From assembly GCF_009834535.1 (NCBI RefSeq), contig NC_045696.1:18664001-18728000 (forward strand): 64,000 bases of DNA, in the 5' to 3' direction. Of this stretch, positions 27,446 to 41,201 are shown piece by piece. The notes beneath the pieces were generated by a model. The model had not been told where the DNA came from. It saw only the letters and a program-made list of their open reading frames with translations, and searched no databases. How positions within the stretch are numbered: position 1 is the stretch's first letter; the number at the start of each line of letters is the position of its first letter. The translations under genes were made by a program, and so were the position numbers. This DNA is from Camelus ferus (taxonomy: Eukaryota).

Positions 27446-29577
27446 ATACTTGAGTTAGATCTACACCCCATCAATCTTAATGTGATGGAAAAAATATGAC
27501 TGCAGAATACAGCAGGATACAGCAAACTGAGGCTGGCCAGCATCCTTGTTAATCATCCCCAAGCTAACACATTTGGTTCATGTGTTTATTTTCCTAAAAT
27601 TTGAAATGCAGAAACTGTATAAGGATCATTTACAAGAAAACCTTTGAGAAAATTGTTGAAAGCCTATTTGGCTTGTCTGTGGTCCATCCTGGCTATGTTT
27701 CTTTGTTTAGTAACATCACTCAGTACGAAAACTGGATCTCTTTTAATGGTTCATGATTTAAAAGGCAAGGATTCATAAAGAATCCTTGTATTAATGCTGC
27801 TTTTTAATGAAGGGCATAAGTGGTCACTTTTCTATGAATAATTTGGTGAAAAGATTTATAGAAAACTACTTTCGTTGAGACTGGAGTATGAATATTATGC
27901 TACAAAGAGACAAAAAGGAGAGGGAGAGGAGGATAGAAGAAAGGAGAGTGTCATACAATTATACGATGACAAAAATCTATTTTTCTGTTCCCTAATAGAT
28001 ACTAGTTAATAAAAAAAGTGAAGAAACAAGATGATAATCCTTCTTCATACCTCTACTCAGTACATTTGAAATCAGAGAAACAGGTTCTTTTTAGGTGAGG
28101 TATCCACAAAGTTTCCCTTTCTTGAGCTAAATTTATCCACAATTTTTAAAGTTCCCTTTGGTCCACTAAAATGATTCATGCAAATTAAGCACTCATTATC
28201 AGCAAGCAAAAATAAATACATTTATGTGAATGTCGATAATTTTAATGCTCACTTCTTGGAGACAATCACATTACATAGTTCTTATCATCCAACTCTCTGT
28301 CTGTAATGTTCAAAAGATAGAAGATCCTCAACATCTGAACATAAATTCTCTGGAAGCTTGATGTCACTTCCAGACAGAATTTGGTATTCTTTGACCCCAA
28401 ACCTCGTTGTTGTGCTTGTTCTGTGTGGGTACTTGAAGTGCGTACCTGGATCTCAAAGTTTCATCTGTACAGTCTATAAACTGAGAACCCTCGTTCATGT
28501 GGATGGAGCCAAGCTTTCTTATTAGGTTTCTTTCTACCACAGAGTTAATCTCTCACCATTTAATGTCCCCCAATATTGTGAAAGTAGAGTTTTTAATCTC
28601 CCATAGAACTAAGTTTTTCATAAAATACAGATTTGGGGGAATCAGCATTTTTTCATATGTAAGACTATAAAAATTTCTGGAATCTTTTGTAAAATTTTAA
28701 TCCGGAATATATTACTAACTCCTCAAAAAGAAAACCCAGCCTAAATATTCTAGAGAGAAGCAGGCAGTAACAATAGCCAACATTGAAATATCCTCATCTT
28801 CTCTCTTGCCTTTTCTTGTACTATCCAACTTAGGAAACCACAAAAAGCATTTTAAAGACAATTATCTAATCTATATGTAATTATGTAATTCTTAAAATTT
28901 CTAGTTATTATTTGAACCAGAAATAGAGAACCAGAGGATTTTATCCCCAAGTATTTTTGTTTTGCTTTTTCTTCCATCTTGCTTCTACACCCACCCACCC
29001 ACACAGTGCTTTTTTACCTCCTCTAGATTATGTCATATCAGAATTTATGGAACTTGAATATTCCAGATGATGAATTTGCTGCTGGAAACAAGATGAGTAC
29101 TTCATATCCATGACCTCATGGAGCTATTATTTAATTGAGTGAATACAACTATATCTTGAAGTCTACTGTTGTACTTTGATGGAAGCATTTTTTTTTCTTA
29201 GAAAAAAAAATAAAAAATACAGACTTACTCATTCTTTGCTAGTCTTTTTTAATCTTTCTTTTTCCGAAAAGTTCCCTTGACCCTGTGAATTGAGGCTAGC
29301 TAGAAAGAGAACTGAGGCCAATCTATTTTAACAGATATTCCAAGAAAGCAATAAAACACCAAGAAAATAAAAGCATCCTTTTCATTTAAGCCAAAATTCT
29401 CTAAGTAGAGAACATGCTTTTAAAGCTTTCTCTAAATGGAAACAACACCTTTTAATCATTCTGCAGATGATTTGTCATCTTTACTTATATTCCTACATTT
29501 ATATATAGACATGTTCCTTGTAAAACTTGTAGAAACCAAATTTTAAGTGACCTTTTTTTTAAAAAAAAATAACAAAA

Positions 29578-31320
29578 ATTCTGGAGATCAAGCCTTTGTT
29601 GGTCTCATCATTTGCAAAATTTTTCTCCCATTCTGTAGGCTGTCGTTTTGTTTTACTTATGGTTTCCTTTGCTGTGCAGAAGCTTGTAAGTTTCATTAGG
29701 TCCAATTTGTTTATTCTTGCTTTTATTTGTATTGCTTGGGTAGACTGCCCTAGGATAGCATTTTTGAGATGTATGTCAGGTAATGTTTTGCCTATATTTT
29801 CTTCTGGGAGGTTTATTTTATCTTGTCTTATGTTCAAGTCTTTGATCCATTTTGAGTTGATTTTTGTGTATGGTGTAAGGGAGTGTTCTAGCTTCACTGA
29901 TTTACATGCTGCCATCCAGTTTTTCCAACAACATTTGCTGAAGAAATTGTCTTTATTCCATTGTGTATTCTAGCCTCCTTTGTCGAATATTAGTTGACCA
30001 AAAGTTTGTGGGTTCATTTCTGGGCTCTCTATTCTGTTTCATTGGTCATATGTCTGTTTTTGTACTAATACCATGCTGTCTTGATGACTGTAGCTCTACA
30101 GTATTGTCTGAAGTCTGGGAGAGTTATTCCTCCAGCCTCTTTCTTTCCTCTTCAGTAATGCTTTGGCAATTCTAGGTCTTTGATGGTTCCATATAAATTT
30201 TATTATGATTTGTTCTAGTTCTGTGAAATATGTCCTGGGTAATTTGATAAGGATTGCATTAGATCTGTAGATTGCCTTGGGCTTGATCTCCAGAATATAT
30301 AAGCAGCTCATACAACTTAATAAGAAAAAACCAAAACACCCAATCCAAAAATGGGCAGAAGATCTAAACAAGCAATTCTCCAAGGAAGAAATACAAATGA
30401 CCAATAGGCACGTGAAAAAAATACTCAATATCACTAATAATCAGAGAAATGGAATTCAAAACTACAATGAGGTATCACCTCACACCAGTCAGAATGGCCG
30501 TCACTTAAAAGTCCACAAATGACAAATGCTGGAGAAGCTGTGGAGAAAAGGGACCCCTCCTACACTGCTGGTGGGGATGCAGTTTGGTGCAGTCACTGTG
30601 GAAAACAGTATGGAGATTCCTCAAAAGACTAGGAATAGACTTACCATATGACCCAGGAATCCCACTCCTGGGCATATATCTAGAAGGAACCTTACTTCAA
30701 AATGACACCTGCACCCCAAAGTTCATAGCAGCACTGTTTACAATAGCCAAGGCATGGAAATAGCCTAAATGTCTATCAACAGATGGCTGGATAAAGAAAA
30801 AGTGTTATATTTATACAATGGAATACTATTCAGCCATAAAAGCTGACAATATAATACCATTTGCAGCAACATGGATGTTCCTGGAGAATGTCATTCTAAG
30901 TGAAGTAAGCCAGAAAGAGAAAGAAAAATACCATATGAGATCACTCATGTGGAATTAAAAAAATAAAAGAACATAAATACAAAACAGAAACAGACTCATA
31001 GACATAGAATACAAATTTGTGGTTGCCAAGGGGGTAGGGGGTTGGAAGGGACAGACTGGGATTTCAAAATTTGTATATATTGACAGGCATATGCAGAATA
31101 GATAAACAAGATTATACTGTATAGCACAGGGAAATATATACAAGATCTTGTGGTAGCTCTCAGCAAAAAAAAAAAAAAGACATGACAATGAATATATGTA
31201 TGTTCATGTATAACTGAAAAATTGTGCTCTACACTGGAATTTGACACAACATTGTAAAATGACTACAACTCAATAAAAAATTTTTAAAAAATGAAAAAAA
31301 TGCAATAAAAATAAATAAAA
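29578..31320 (+). mobile_element. Young camelid-type L1, 5'-truncated and 5'-inverted (inverted part 29578-30280, sense part 30280-31320)
   Basis: Minus-strand ORF2 peptides ([36 protein letters not shown]) switch to sense ORF2 ([14 protein letters not shown]...[17 protein letters not shown]), then 3'UTR, AATAAA and an A-rich tail; imperfect target-site duplication (TSD) ending aaaaattct. Confidence 0.96.
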
Positions 31321-31864
31321 ATTCTTAAGGAAAATGTATACATAACGTAGGCGGGATACTGTTCAGTATCAACGTTAGATATGTAAATTCATACAGTATT
31401 AGTTAAAAGATTATTTGTATGTATTACCTTTAATCTGTGTAAAATGAGATAGTTGTACATTCTTATTTTATATAAAGTATGCTGAAATCCTAACAAATAC
31501 ATTCAGGTTTATGAAAGTATATTTGACAGAACAATTAGTTCTGAGGATTATCTGTACATATTAATGTATACATTTACATATTAATATAAACAAATGGTCT
31601 TCTGTCAAACTGGCACAGGAAATAGTCTTTTAAGGAATATGTAACTTGTATAACTATTCAGAGCCTATTATTTTGCTAATATTGATTATAAATACTTGAG
31701 AGATGATACACACAAAACTTCTCCAAATTTTGCCTTTTCTTAGCAATTTTCTTCATAATACAAAGGCATCCAAAGCAAAGTTATTGAAGAAAATTCAGTA
31801 AAGGAGGAAATCTTTATCTATGTACAGAAATACACAACATATAGATAGATACCCAAATAGAGAT

Positions 31865-31952
31865 ACCTCTATACCTTTCACTATGTATCTATACCTGTTT
31901 GTAATCTATCTATCACCTATCTATCTATCTATCTATAGTATGTCTATATCTA
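31865..31952. repeat. Degenerate (TCTA)n microsatellite
   Basis: 'ctatctatctatctata' and related units. Confidence 0.75.
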
Positions 31953-33959
31953 GATGTACATATCAAAATGTTACAAAGTGTATTTTGTATTAACCAAATC
32001 ATTGTAAATTCCCTACGGGTACAAGTCGTATTTGGTGTATTGCTTGCCCCCAGATAAGCTGATACCCTAAAGAAAGTTCAAAAACACATGCTTCATCTTT
32101 GATTACTACAACAGAATACATAGATAAGTGTTAATCTTTTTGAATAGGCAATTAGATAAAAGCAATAAATAATGTGCTAATTATGTGTCTGAAGTGTTAA
32201 TGAGAACATCACAGTGTGGCACAACCAGTTGTGATTTAACAGAAAAGGAAAAGAAAGCCAGCTGAGAAAGCAAATGACTTGGTAATTGGCATTAAAGAAT
32301 ATCAAAAGTCACCCTTTAAAGTGACAGTGATTTAAGTACTAAATCTGATTATAGAGACATATGGTCCACTTAATTTTTCAAAAAATAATCATTTCAAGTG
32401 TAAAGTTTCCACATGTGAAAATCTTTACAAAGTACAAATCATAAAATTCTAAAAAAATGTTTATAGTTTATAAGGATAACAATGTATGAATTAAGAAAAA
32501 ATGTAGAAGTGTTAAGTCAGGGGTGATATTAAGAATAAAGAGTTAGTTGAAATTTTCAGTTAGGACTCTTGCACTGCCAATTTCTCTTCAATTCCCCTTT
32601 TCATGGTTAATGCTACCTCAATTCTGCAATCCACTCATTCCAGCGTATGTTCAGTGCCTCAAGAGACCTCAATAACACCAAAAGAATTTGGCTTTGCACC
32701 ATATTTTTGTGCCTGTTATGAAACTATTTCCGTTATATTCTAAAAATTACTGGCAGGAAGGATTTCACTTACTTTATATTTTGGATTTCTTGTTACTTTC
32801 TGCATCTATCATCCTAGGCTAAAACTTAAGTCTTAGAACTATTGGAAATTTAGCTACTGACGGATGAGTTTGCCAGTAACACCCAGGTTGCTACCACTTT
32901 GGGCGATGATAAAGATCTGCTTTAGAGCGTCCATCCTCTCTTACTAGTTCTCCTTTATCATTGCTTTCAAATGTTTCCTTTTTCTTCTCTTGTCTAGTCT
33001 TAACAGCCCATAACTTTTCATCATGCACCTTGTCCCCACAAACAAAATTGCTTTGGTAATGATGTGTTTACTATTTTATGTGGTATTTTCATATCAAAAC
33101 AATAATGTATTGAATCTAAATAAACAAGCCTTTTCTAGGGCATTTCAGGCATCTTGCTGAAGGTGAAGAAGACACAGGAGAGATTATTCATGTTATTCAT
33201 AACACCTAAGAAATCTTCCTAAATTAGGAATAACCTGCTCTGCTTACAAAGAGGCTTACTTTTGATTCCTGTGGAAAGTGTATGAGGTTTGGTGGTGTGG
33301 TGGTTACAAAAGCACTTTCCTTGTCAATCCACGTTTCATATCCAAGCCTTGATTACCGGGCAAACCTAGCGAAGAGTGGGAAATAAGCACCTACATACCT
33401 GCTCTCATAGTTGGAAATACTGCTTCATTATATACCAACTAATAAGAAGTCGGTATCATTTTTTCTGTGAAAAATAATATTAATAGTACTTAATCATGTG
33501 AAAAATCTATTTATCCTTTGATTTACTACATATTACCTTTGGAAATATTTCACAGGAATCTAAGATGTTTTCCCATATACTGTTAATCAGCTATTAGGTA
33601 ATATGGAAAGATTTCTGAACCTCAATCAGTTTGAATTTGAATACATTTTGTTTTTTGATAGGGTATTGCAGGTAGCATCAGGCAACAGTTTGTTCCTCCT
33701 TCAATAACTAGAAATAAATGGAAACATTGAAATGTCGTATTTCTAAAGACATTGGTGAGCTGTGGAAGAAACAATGTGTGAAGGAACTAAAGTTCACAAC
33801 AGGGAAGAGATTTTCCTCAGTGAGCTGGGTTTTAAGCCATTTCTTTGATAAATGTGCAATGTTAATATGAAGGAAACTGGGTAAAGGCAAACAGCATCTC
33901 TTTACTGTTCTCCTATCTTTTGGAATGTCTAAACTTATCTAAAAATAGACTTTTTTTAA

Positions 33960-35250
33960 GTCAAAGATTTCCAAATGAGACTAAAACTACTCACCCAGCT
34001 ATATACTGGTTACAAGGAATACTATAAAAATATAGATTAAAAAGAACAAAAACATTAAGTTCTATATTGTAAACACTAATGGATTGAAGGTTCTGTGACT
34101 CTACAACAAGATAACCTTAAGAATACATGTGTTATTTGGGATGATAATGATTTAAGTGTCGATCAACAGAAGCCCATTCCTAAAATTTTATGATCCCAAT
34201 AATATAGGCTTAGATTCTTTAAAACAAAGATATTAAACAATAAGTTCATACTGTATAGCACCTGGGATGATATTCTATATCTTATAGTAACTTACATTGA
34301 AAAAAGACTGAAAATAAATATATGTATGTTCATGTATGACTGAAGTATTATGCTGTACACCAGAAATTGACACAACATTGTAAACTGACTGTACTTCAAT
34401 ACAAATATATGTACCAAAAACCCCAAAGATATTGACAGTATTAAATAGAGAAGTCTGAAAAGTAACACACATAATTGAAAAATTTAACCAATCTTTTTCA
34501 ATAGCTGATAAATCAGGTCGAAAAATACATTAATGATATATACTGTTTGAATACATAATTAGTGAATTTGCTTCTTTACCTATTTATTGGTAACTTCACG
34601 TATTATGAACACTACATTCAAAACCTGCAGAAAACTCTTCCTTCACTTATTAAAATTGTTTTTCATACCCAGTATATGACCAAACAGATTACCATCATAC
34701 AGCATATTCTCTGACCATAATGGATTTAATTAACGCCTATGTCAAATAAGAAAATATAATGCACTTTAGAAAAAAATTCTATGAAAATTAATGAATCTAA
34801 TGACATATAGAATGTTCAAACATTAAAAGATTCAGTGTGTTGAAGTAATTAATTATTTAGAAAGCCCTTGCTTAATTTTCAAACATTTTATTGATGTAAA
34901 GATTAAATAAAATCTCAAATCATAAGAAGACTTTTTTCCTAATTTACAATCTGATTTTAAAGTTTCTTATGGCAACTTAAAGGAACAAACATGGTAGTAC
35001 CAGATTTAAAACTTTAGTGTAACTAGAGTCATTGGACTGAATGAAATTTAAGGTAAACTGATCTAAGGAACATAATGGACACACCTACTGTCACATTATT
35101 TCTAGAAGTGTTGCCACTGCAATTTAGTTGGACAATGATTAATATTCTCTATCAATAATGACTGGAGAAATTGAATATCTCTACAGAAAATAACATTTAC
35201 TTTGGCTACCCAACATATTAACAGAAATTATTCAAGTTGCGTTATAGGCT
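33960..35250 (+). mobile_element. Very old L1 ORF2 remnants
   Basis: 'acccagctatatactggttacaagg', 'agcatattctctgaccataatgga', 'tttacaatctgattttaaag' resemble L1 endonuclease and downstream ORF2 sequence. Confidence 0.55.
34235..34423 (+). mobile_element. Short younger L1 3'UTR insertion with TSD caaagatatt
   Basis: Clearly related to the 31100-31275 3'UTR ('tatatgtatgttcatgtat...ttgacacaacattgtaaa'); TSD at 34225-34234 and 34424-34433; TTT/AAAA site at 34220/34221. Confidence 0.9.
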
Positions 35251-36189
35251 TAATGCATTATCTTTTGACTCTCCTTATTCTAGGTTACACATTCAAACTT
35301 TTATTTAAATACATTTATAAGGTAATATATTTAATATTAAATTCCAGAAGTTAGTGATAATACACTTGGCTTCTTACAAAAAATAGTTTTCCCTGTTGGA
35401 AATAAAAATGCTTGTCTATTTTAATTTTAATTTGATAGTAATCAATAATTGAATTTTAAATAATCTTGACAAAAACATTGTCTTACAAAAATAAGATTAG
35501 ATGCTGGACAGACTTTTGGTGGTGTGATTTCCTTTTTTGTCTGATAACTGATTTCTCAAAGACTATGAACAGTTGACATCATGTGCAAATATACTTATTA
35601 TCATGGACAATAGTATATTAAGACCTTCAGGAATATTGACTCAACAAAACAAGTCTTAGAAACAGTTTTAAAGAATTTGAAATTGGGAAAGTCTCCAAAT
35701 CCTTTGTCTTGTGGAATTAGAAATAGATGGGAAACGATTTCATCCTCTTGCTTTCCATCACAAAAACCCTTCCTCTTCCTCCACCCAAATGGAAATAGTT
35801 GAGATAACTTACTACTGTGAACATATTCCCATTGATAACATATTGCCACTTTAAAAAAACAAATAAACATTAGTTATTTTTGCCACACTGTATCTGATTT
35901 CACTAGAGTAGAAATGTTGAGAGTGGACATTGTTGAATATCCTCTAAAAAACACCTCATCATCATATGACTCTTGCCATTTTATTTCTCCTCTGGGATTT
36001 TGATACCTGTCTTCTGGAACAAAGATACCTGGACTATTTTATCTGTAGTTAAGAAGTTAAATGGGACACTTTTGTGATAAGTGGGACTTATCTTTCTTTT
36101 CTTTTGACCTTGCTCTCTGCTCTCTGATGTGTGACGGCATTCCAAGGAGGAAATTTTAGTAAACTACAACATGCTGCACAACCAAACTT

Positions 36190-36410
36190 AACAAGTTTAG
36201 TAGCCATCATTTCTGAATTTTTATAGCATATCTGCCACTAACTTATTAGCAAGTCATTTAAAATTCTCTCATGGTGTTTTCTCAATTGTCACATGAATCT
36301 AATTATCCCTGCCTAATAGTAGAATTGAAAAGGCTAGTAAAATGTATATGAAAGTATTCAGAAAAATTTGGCCCCGAAGACGTATTTAATTAGTAATTAG
36401 TAGTGTTATT
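36190..36410 (+). mobile_element. MIR
   Basis: 'tctgccactaacttattagcaagtcatttaaaattctct...ttttctcaattgtcacatg...atgtatatgaaagta'. Confidence 0.65.
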
Positions 36411-36699
36411 GAAAATATGATTTAATGTTAATATTGCTATTTTAGCATTAATCTTATTGATGTATGTTTCAATGCATTTCTGTTTATCATATTGATAAAC
36501 CTAGATGCTGCTTTTGTGTCAGTCCTTAGTAGATCTGAGACATTGGCAGGATGGGTGTTCTTGAAACAGACTTTTTATGAATTGTGCTAAGTAATACTTC
36601 TGGTGTTTCCTTAGGAGAAGAGTTATACCATTTTTCTTGCCCTGAAAATTTATATCTCTATGATTAAAGTTTAAAGAACATAATTTTTAGAATACATAC

Positions 36700-37520
36700 A
36701 TGATGAAAATGAATTTCCTCCTTACTTTACATTCTCCAAAATTATATTACCGTATACCCATTTACTCAGGCCAAAACCCTAGGATTAATTCTTCTACCTC
36801 TATCCCTTAACACCACTTACTCCAAACAATGGCATGCACTTTTCTGTGTTATCTGCAAATATAGCTCAAATTCTTTGCTTTTTTCCTACGTCCCATCATA
36901 GCAAGCTATTTTGTGAAAGCAGCATCTTGCACATTGTCCCTTGCTGTAGGTACTTAATAATCTTCCTTCCATTTTTGCCTGACCAAAGATAACCCTCTAC
37001 AATACAGCAGATGGTCTCCTCAAAATGCAGATGAGATCAGACCACTCTCCTGCTCATTGGGACATTCCAGTAAATTCCTGTTGCAAACATCTTTCCGTAT
37101 GATCCATGGTCCTACACCAACTGGGCCCATCTTTCTCTCCAATCTAATTGTATACTTCTCTATCTGGCATCCGTAGACATATGGGACTTTGTTCTGTCTT
37201 CTCAATTTACCATGGTTTCCATTGTAGGAAACTGTTTTCTTATAACTAAAAGACACTGTCTCCAGATTTTTATATTGTTTCTTCTTCATCTTCTATTATA
37301 AATGTCACTATTTCAGCCACCTCCTTTATGTCTTTCCTTACCATTACCCTGTTTTAATTACTTCATAGTACTTACATGTCCTTGAAATTATATACAATTG
37401 TGTATTGTTTTTGCTTATGGTCTTAACCACTGTGGCATAAGTTTGTCAGTCTTGTTCACCAGTGTATTAACTGTGCTTCGAATGATAGGTAAACAGTCCT
37501 CTTCAAACAGTTTTTAAGTG
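36700..37520 (+). mobile_element. L2 3' region
   Basis: 'ccatttactcaggccaaaaccctagga', 'cagatgagatcagaccactctcctgctca', 'gtcttgttcaccagtgta'. Confidence 0.75.
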
Positions 37521-38160
37521 TCATAATTAATTAGAGAGGTAAAAATATAATCCTGGAACTAAAGTGACCTTAGACAACATGGATTCTTGTTTCAGTCTTG
37601 TTAACTTTGTCCATTTCAGATAAACTAGGGGCTGTATCCCGCATCTCCTCACTCCAGGGATCCCGTCTATTGGAAGAGTCATTAAGTTGACATTTTTCCA
37701 TCACTTCAGCAGAATGAAAGATCTCACTCAGCTCTGCTACTGGCAGTTAAATTCTCTTATCTGACCGTGACTCACATCACTGCTTCTTACGATTAAGTGG
37801 CCTAAACTAGTCAGATGCACCAAGCATATACAGAATAATAAGATGCTAAAATCACATTGATTGGAAAGGCAGAGAATGGAAAATATTTGGCAACACAGCA
37901 TGATGACAGCTTATAATAGATAGTTGAGAAAAAGCTAGATTTATCCCAGCCGTAGCCATAATCAGATACACAATGGTAGCTGGAAAGGTATTGCTGAATT
38001 TATCAGCACATCTCCCTCATGTCAGGGAAATTGGTTAGATGGAGCTAAGATACAGTATTTTTATTCATATTCCTTGTATCTTTATATTTCCTACTAGCAG
38101 ACAGACGTTTTACTTATGATCCCCTTCTAATTTAGGGAGCAGAAAACGTCTGCGAATGTA

Positions 38161-38220
38161 GGCAGGGAGTAATCTACCCCTTAACCCTGCGGCAGGGAGT
38201 AATCTACCTCTTAACCCTGC
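38161..38220. repeat. 30-bp tandem duplication (2 copies, 1 mismatch)
   Basis: ggcagggagtaatctacc[c/t]cttaaccctgc x2. Confidence 0.95.
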
Positions 38221-39789
38221 TGGTTTAAATGTATTTTTGAGCTTTTATAACTTCACTTATTCTTGTCCTTCTGTCAGAATATTGTACGATTAGGAAATGA
38301 TTGACAGGAGTTTACTTTTATAATATGAAGTTTTGAACTTCTACACCTTTAACTACTATCATTATCAAATTAAAAGAAAACTGCTAAAGTAATAATCCCC
38401 TGCTTTACACAATGGTGGCAATCACTTGTTTTCCACTTCGTTTAGGCAAATTAGTTATTGATCAACTTCCATTAAGAAAGTTACATAACTCTTTTGAGTT
38501 GTATTTTTTTATCTGCTTTGTACACTGCGGTAAAGATTATAAAAATGTCTACCTTTATGGAAATAACTACTATTTTATTTTAATTTGTCTGATTTTATGA
38601 GATGTTTACCTGTATAAATATAGGGCAGATGAACAAAGGAAATATGTGAGGCTGAGTACATTTTGAGATCTGTCCTGATTATAAGTGCTGATGCCAGTCA
38701 GTGCTCATTTGACTGGAGTTAAATTAATGCAGATTGCATTAGTAATCAAAGCCTGTTTCAGTACCTGTTGAGACCACAGAAACTTTACCTTCCCACGATA
38801 AACAAAATATGATGGCATCAGGAAACATTAGCACTGAAGCCAAAGATAAGAGGCGAAACGTGCATTGAGAAAAAAGAAAGGCAATTAACCCTACCTAGTA
38901 TTTTAAGTAAATAGGAATCGTTTAGCATTATATAATGTATTTTGCAGACACCTGATTTCAAACAGTGGTGAATACATTTGAACTGAAGTAAATGACTTAG
39001 TGGAAAACAAGAGATGGCAGGAATTCGTGGTCTAGAGCTGAGCTCACAGAAATCTGAAATGCTTTGAGAAATGGCTGTCTTAGTGGAGAGTGGGCATTTG
39101 AAATTCCCAACTGTTATTTAGAATAAGGCATAGCTTGTGTTTGAAATTCTTTTCTATTTTTGATGTTTCATCTTGTTAAAAGCTAAAATATTCTAAATCA
39201 GTTTCTCAGAGGATGTTTGCCTTTTAGGTCTACATCCCTAATCTAAATTCTCCAAATAAAATACAACTTACGTTTATGACCTTACATCCAGGTTTCTGCT
39301 TAGGTCTTTTACATTAGCGATCATTAGAAAATAAATTTTAAGTGATAGCATTTTAGTTTTTGCACAGAAAGTGAATAAATTATTTTCTTTGGATGTAGTC
39401 TTTTTTCATTTCTCCCCCTCTTGTTCCTGTCAAGACTTTTCCGTAAATACATAATTTGTCAAATATATTGATTCTAGCTCATCTATATATGCTTTTGGAT
39501 GTACTGCTGTTTCACCTCAAATGATTTTCAGAAATTGTCTAAAATTCTTGTTATGTTCCTATATGTGTCATATGAATGCCATAGATTTGAAGTTTGAGTA
39601 GTTCCAAAAGAAAGTGAATACAACTTAATGAGCTAAAACTTCCTCTTTACATTGAGACGTATGGTTTTTGTCTTGAAATTATATGTGTCTTTGTGTTAAA
39701 CACATGGCCCAAAAGGAACTTTATGTGCATGTACCTGATGTTTCCTGTGACACTACAGAACCCTGCTTTTCTTGTTCCTAAACTACATT

Positions 39790-40470
39790 GACATTCACTT
39801 ATTTATCCATTCAGCAGATATATTGAGTGCCCATTCTGATCCTGGTGTCACATTAGGGTCCTGTATCAGCAAACAGAACAGTCAAACATATGTCTGCCTC
39901 ATGGTGTTTATATGCTGGGGGACAGAAAAGGACAAAAGGACTGTAACATACAAGCGAACATATAGAATGAGAGGTGGGACTCCTTGCATGTGAAAAGTGG
40001 TGAATGTAAAGATTGTAGAGGGCTAGTTCGCATTTTGAATATAATCACTTTGGGGATCCCATTTAAAAAGTCTTGAAGGTGGCATTTGCACAAAGACTTG
40101 AAGTTGGAAAGGGACGTGACACGAGATGTGTGGGGAAACCAATTCCAGGTTGAGAGAACAGTTAGCAAAGAATGCCAAGGAAAGAAAAGGTTTGACTAAC
40201 AAGCAGAGGATAGCATGGCTGGACAATGATATAAAGTGGGTAGTAGTAGCTGTTGGATCCAAACACAGACAGGGGCAAGATGGTCTAAATCCTTGTTGGC
40301 TGTTGTAAGAGCTTCCACTTGTACTGAGTAAAATGGAAAGCCATTGCAGGGTTTGTCCAGGGAAGAGACAAAAACTTTACTTTTTAGGGCAAACACTCTG
40401 GCTTCTGTATAGAGTCCGGACGTCATGGGAGTTCACGGGCAGGAACAGAATACAGACAAGGCAAAGAGTG
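39790..40470 (-). mobile_element. L2 3' region
   Basis: Starts 'cattcacttatttatccattcagcagatatattgagtgcc' (antisense L2 tail); 'aaatggaaagccattgcagggtttg'. Confidence 0.85.
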
Positions 40471-40524
40471 AAAAGGAAATTGGTAGTTCCACTGTTCTAG
40501 GAATCATGTAAGAGGTTCTCAGCC

Positions 40525-40635
40525 AGTTCCACCTACCAATTCTATGATGTGTGTCCTGTTATCGCTGTAGAGACAGGAAAGCTGAAGCACAGATATTAAA
40601 GAATTTTCTCAACTTACTATAGTTCTATAACAAGT
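40525..40635 (-). mobile_element. MIR fragment
   Basis: 'gtagagacaggaaagctgaagcacagatattaaagaattttctcaa'. Confidence 0.55.
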
Positions 40636-41141
40636 GTTGGCTTACATTATTACTCATCAATAGCATTTTAGCCATTTTTATTATAACTAACAAATGGCAA
40701 GAATATACATTTTGAGAGAGACAGAGATAATCCCCAAAGTCACAGTACATTGACATCAACTGTGAGCCTAACAGGTCATGCCTGAAACATGGATACTGCT
40801 CAGTGCCATGTTTTTTTTTTTTCTGCAAAGACTCATTTTCTGGAGAAAATACAAATACAATGGAGGGGGCAGGAATTTTTCTGTAGGATTGGTGCAAACA
40901 TACTGTGTGCTACTTACAGTATATGAGATACACTTAAAACTAAATAGAAATAAGTTAAATGTGTAGCTCATCACAAGAAGAATAAAAAATGTAAACTAAT
41001 GAAGGAATGAAGTAATGTTAGAAAACAGATGATAAAAAGCATAAATAGAAATTTACGTATAATGTTAAATCAGCCCTTGTGTGAAATCAAAGCAAATGAG
41101 AATTCGTGGGTCGTATCAGTCTTACTGTATTTCAGTATAAA

Positions 41142-41201
41142 TATATATACGGGAACATTTTTAAAGATCCTGAAAAGTGACATTTCAGAGTGATGCGAAC
41201 T
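41142..41201 (+). repeat. ~60-bp direct copy of 42363-42421
   Basis: 'tatatatac[g/a]ggaacatttttaaagatcctgaaaa[g/-]tgacatttcagagtgatgc[g/a]aact'. Confidence 0.93.

Noticed and set aside
29559..30522. Longest ORFs as a functional gene
   Set aside because: They are frameshifted L1 ORF2 fragments, their antisense frames, and an inversion-junction chimera.
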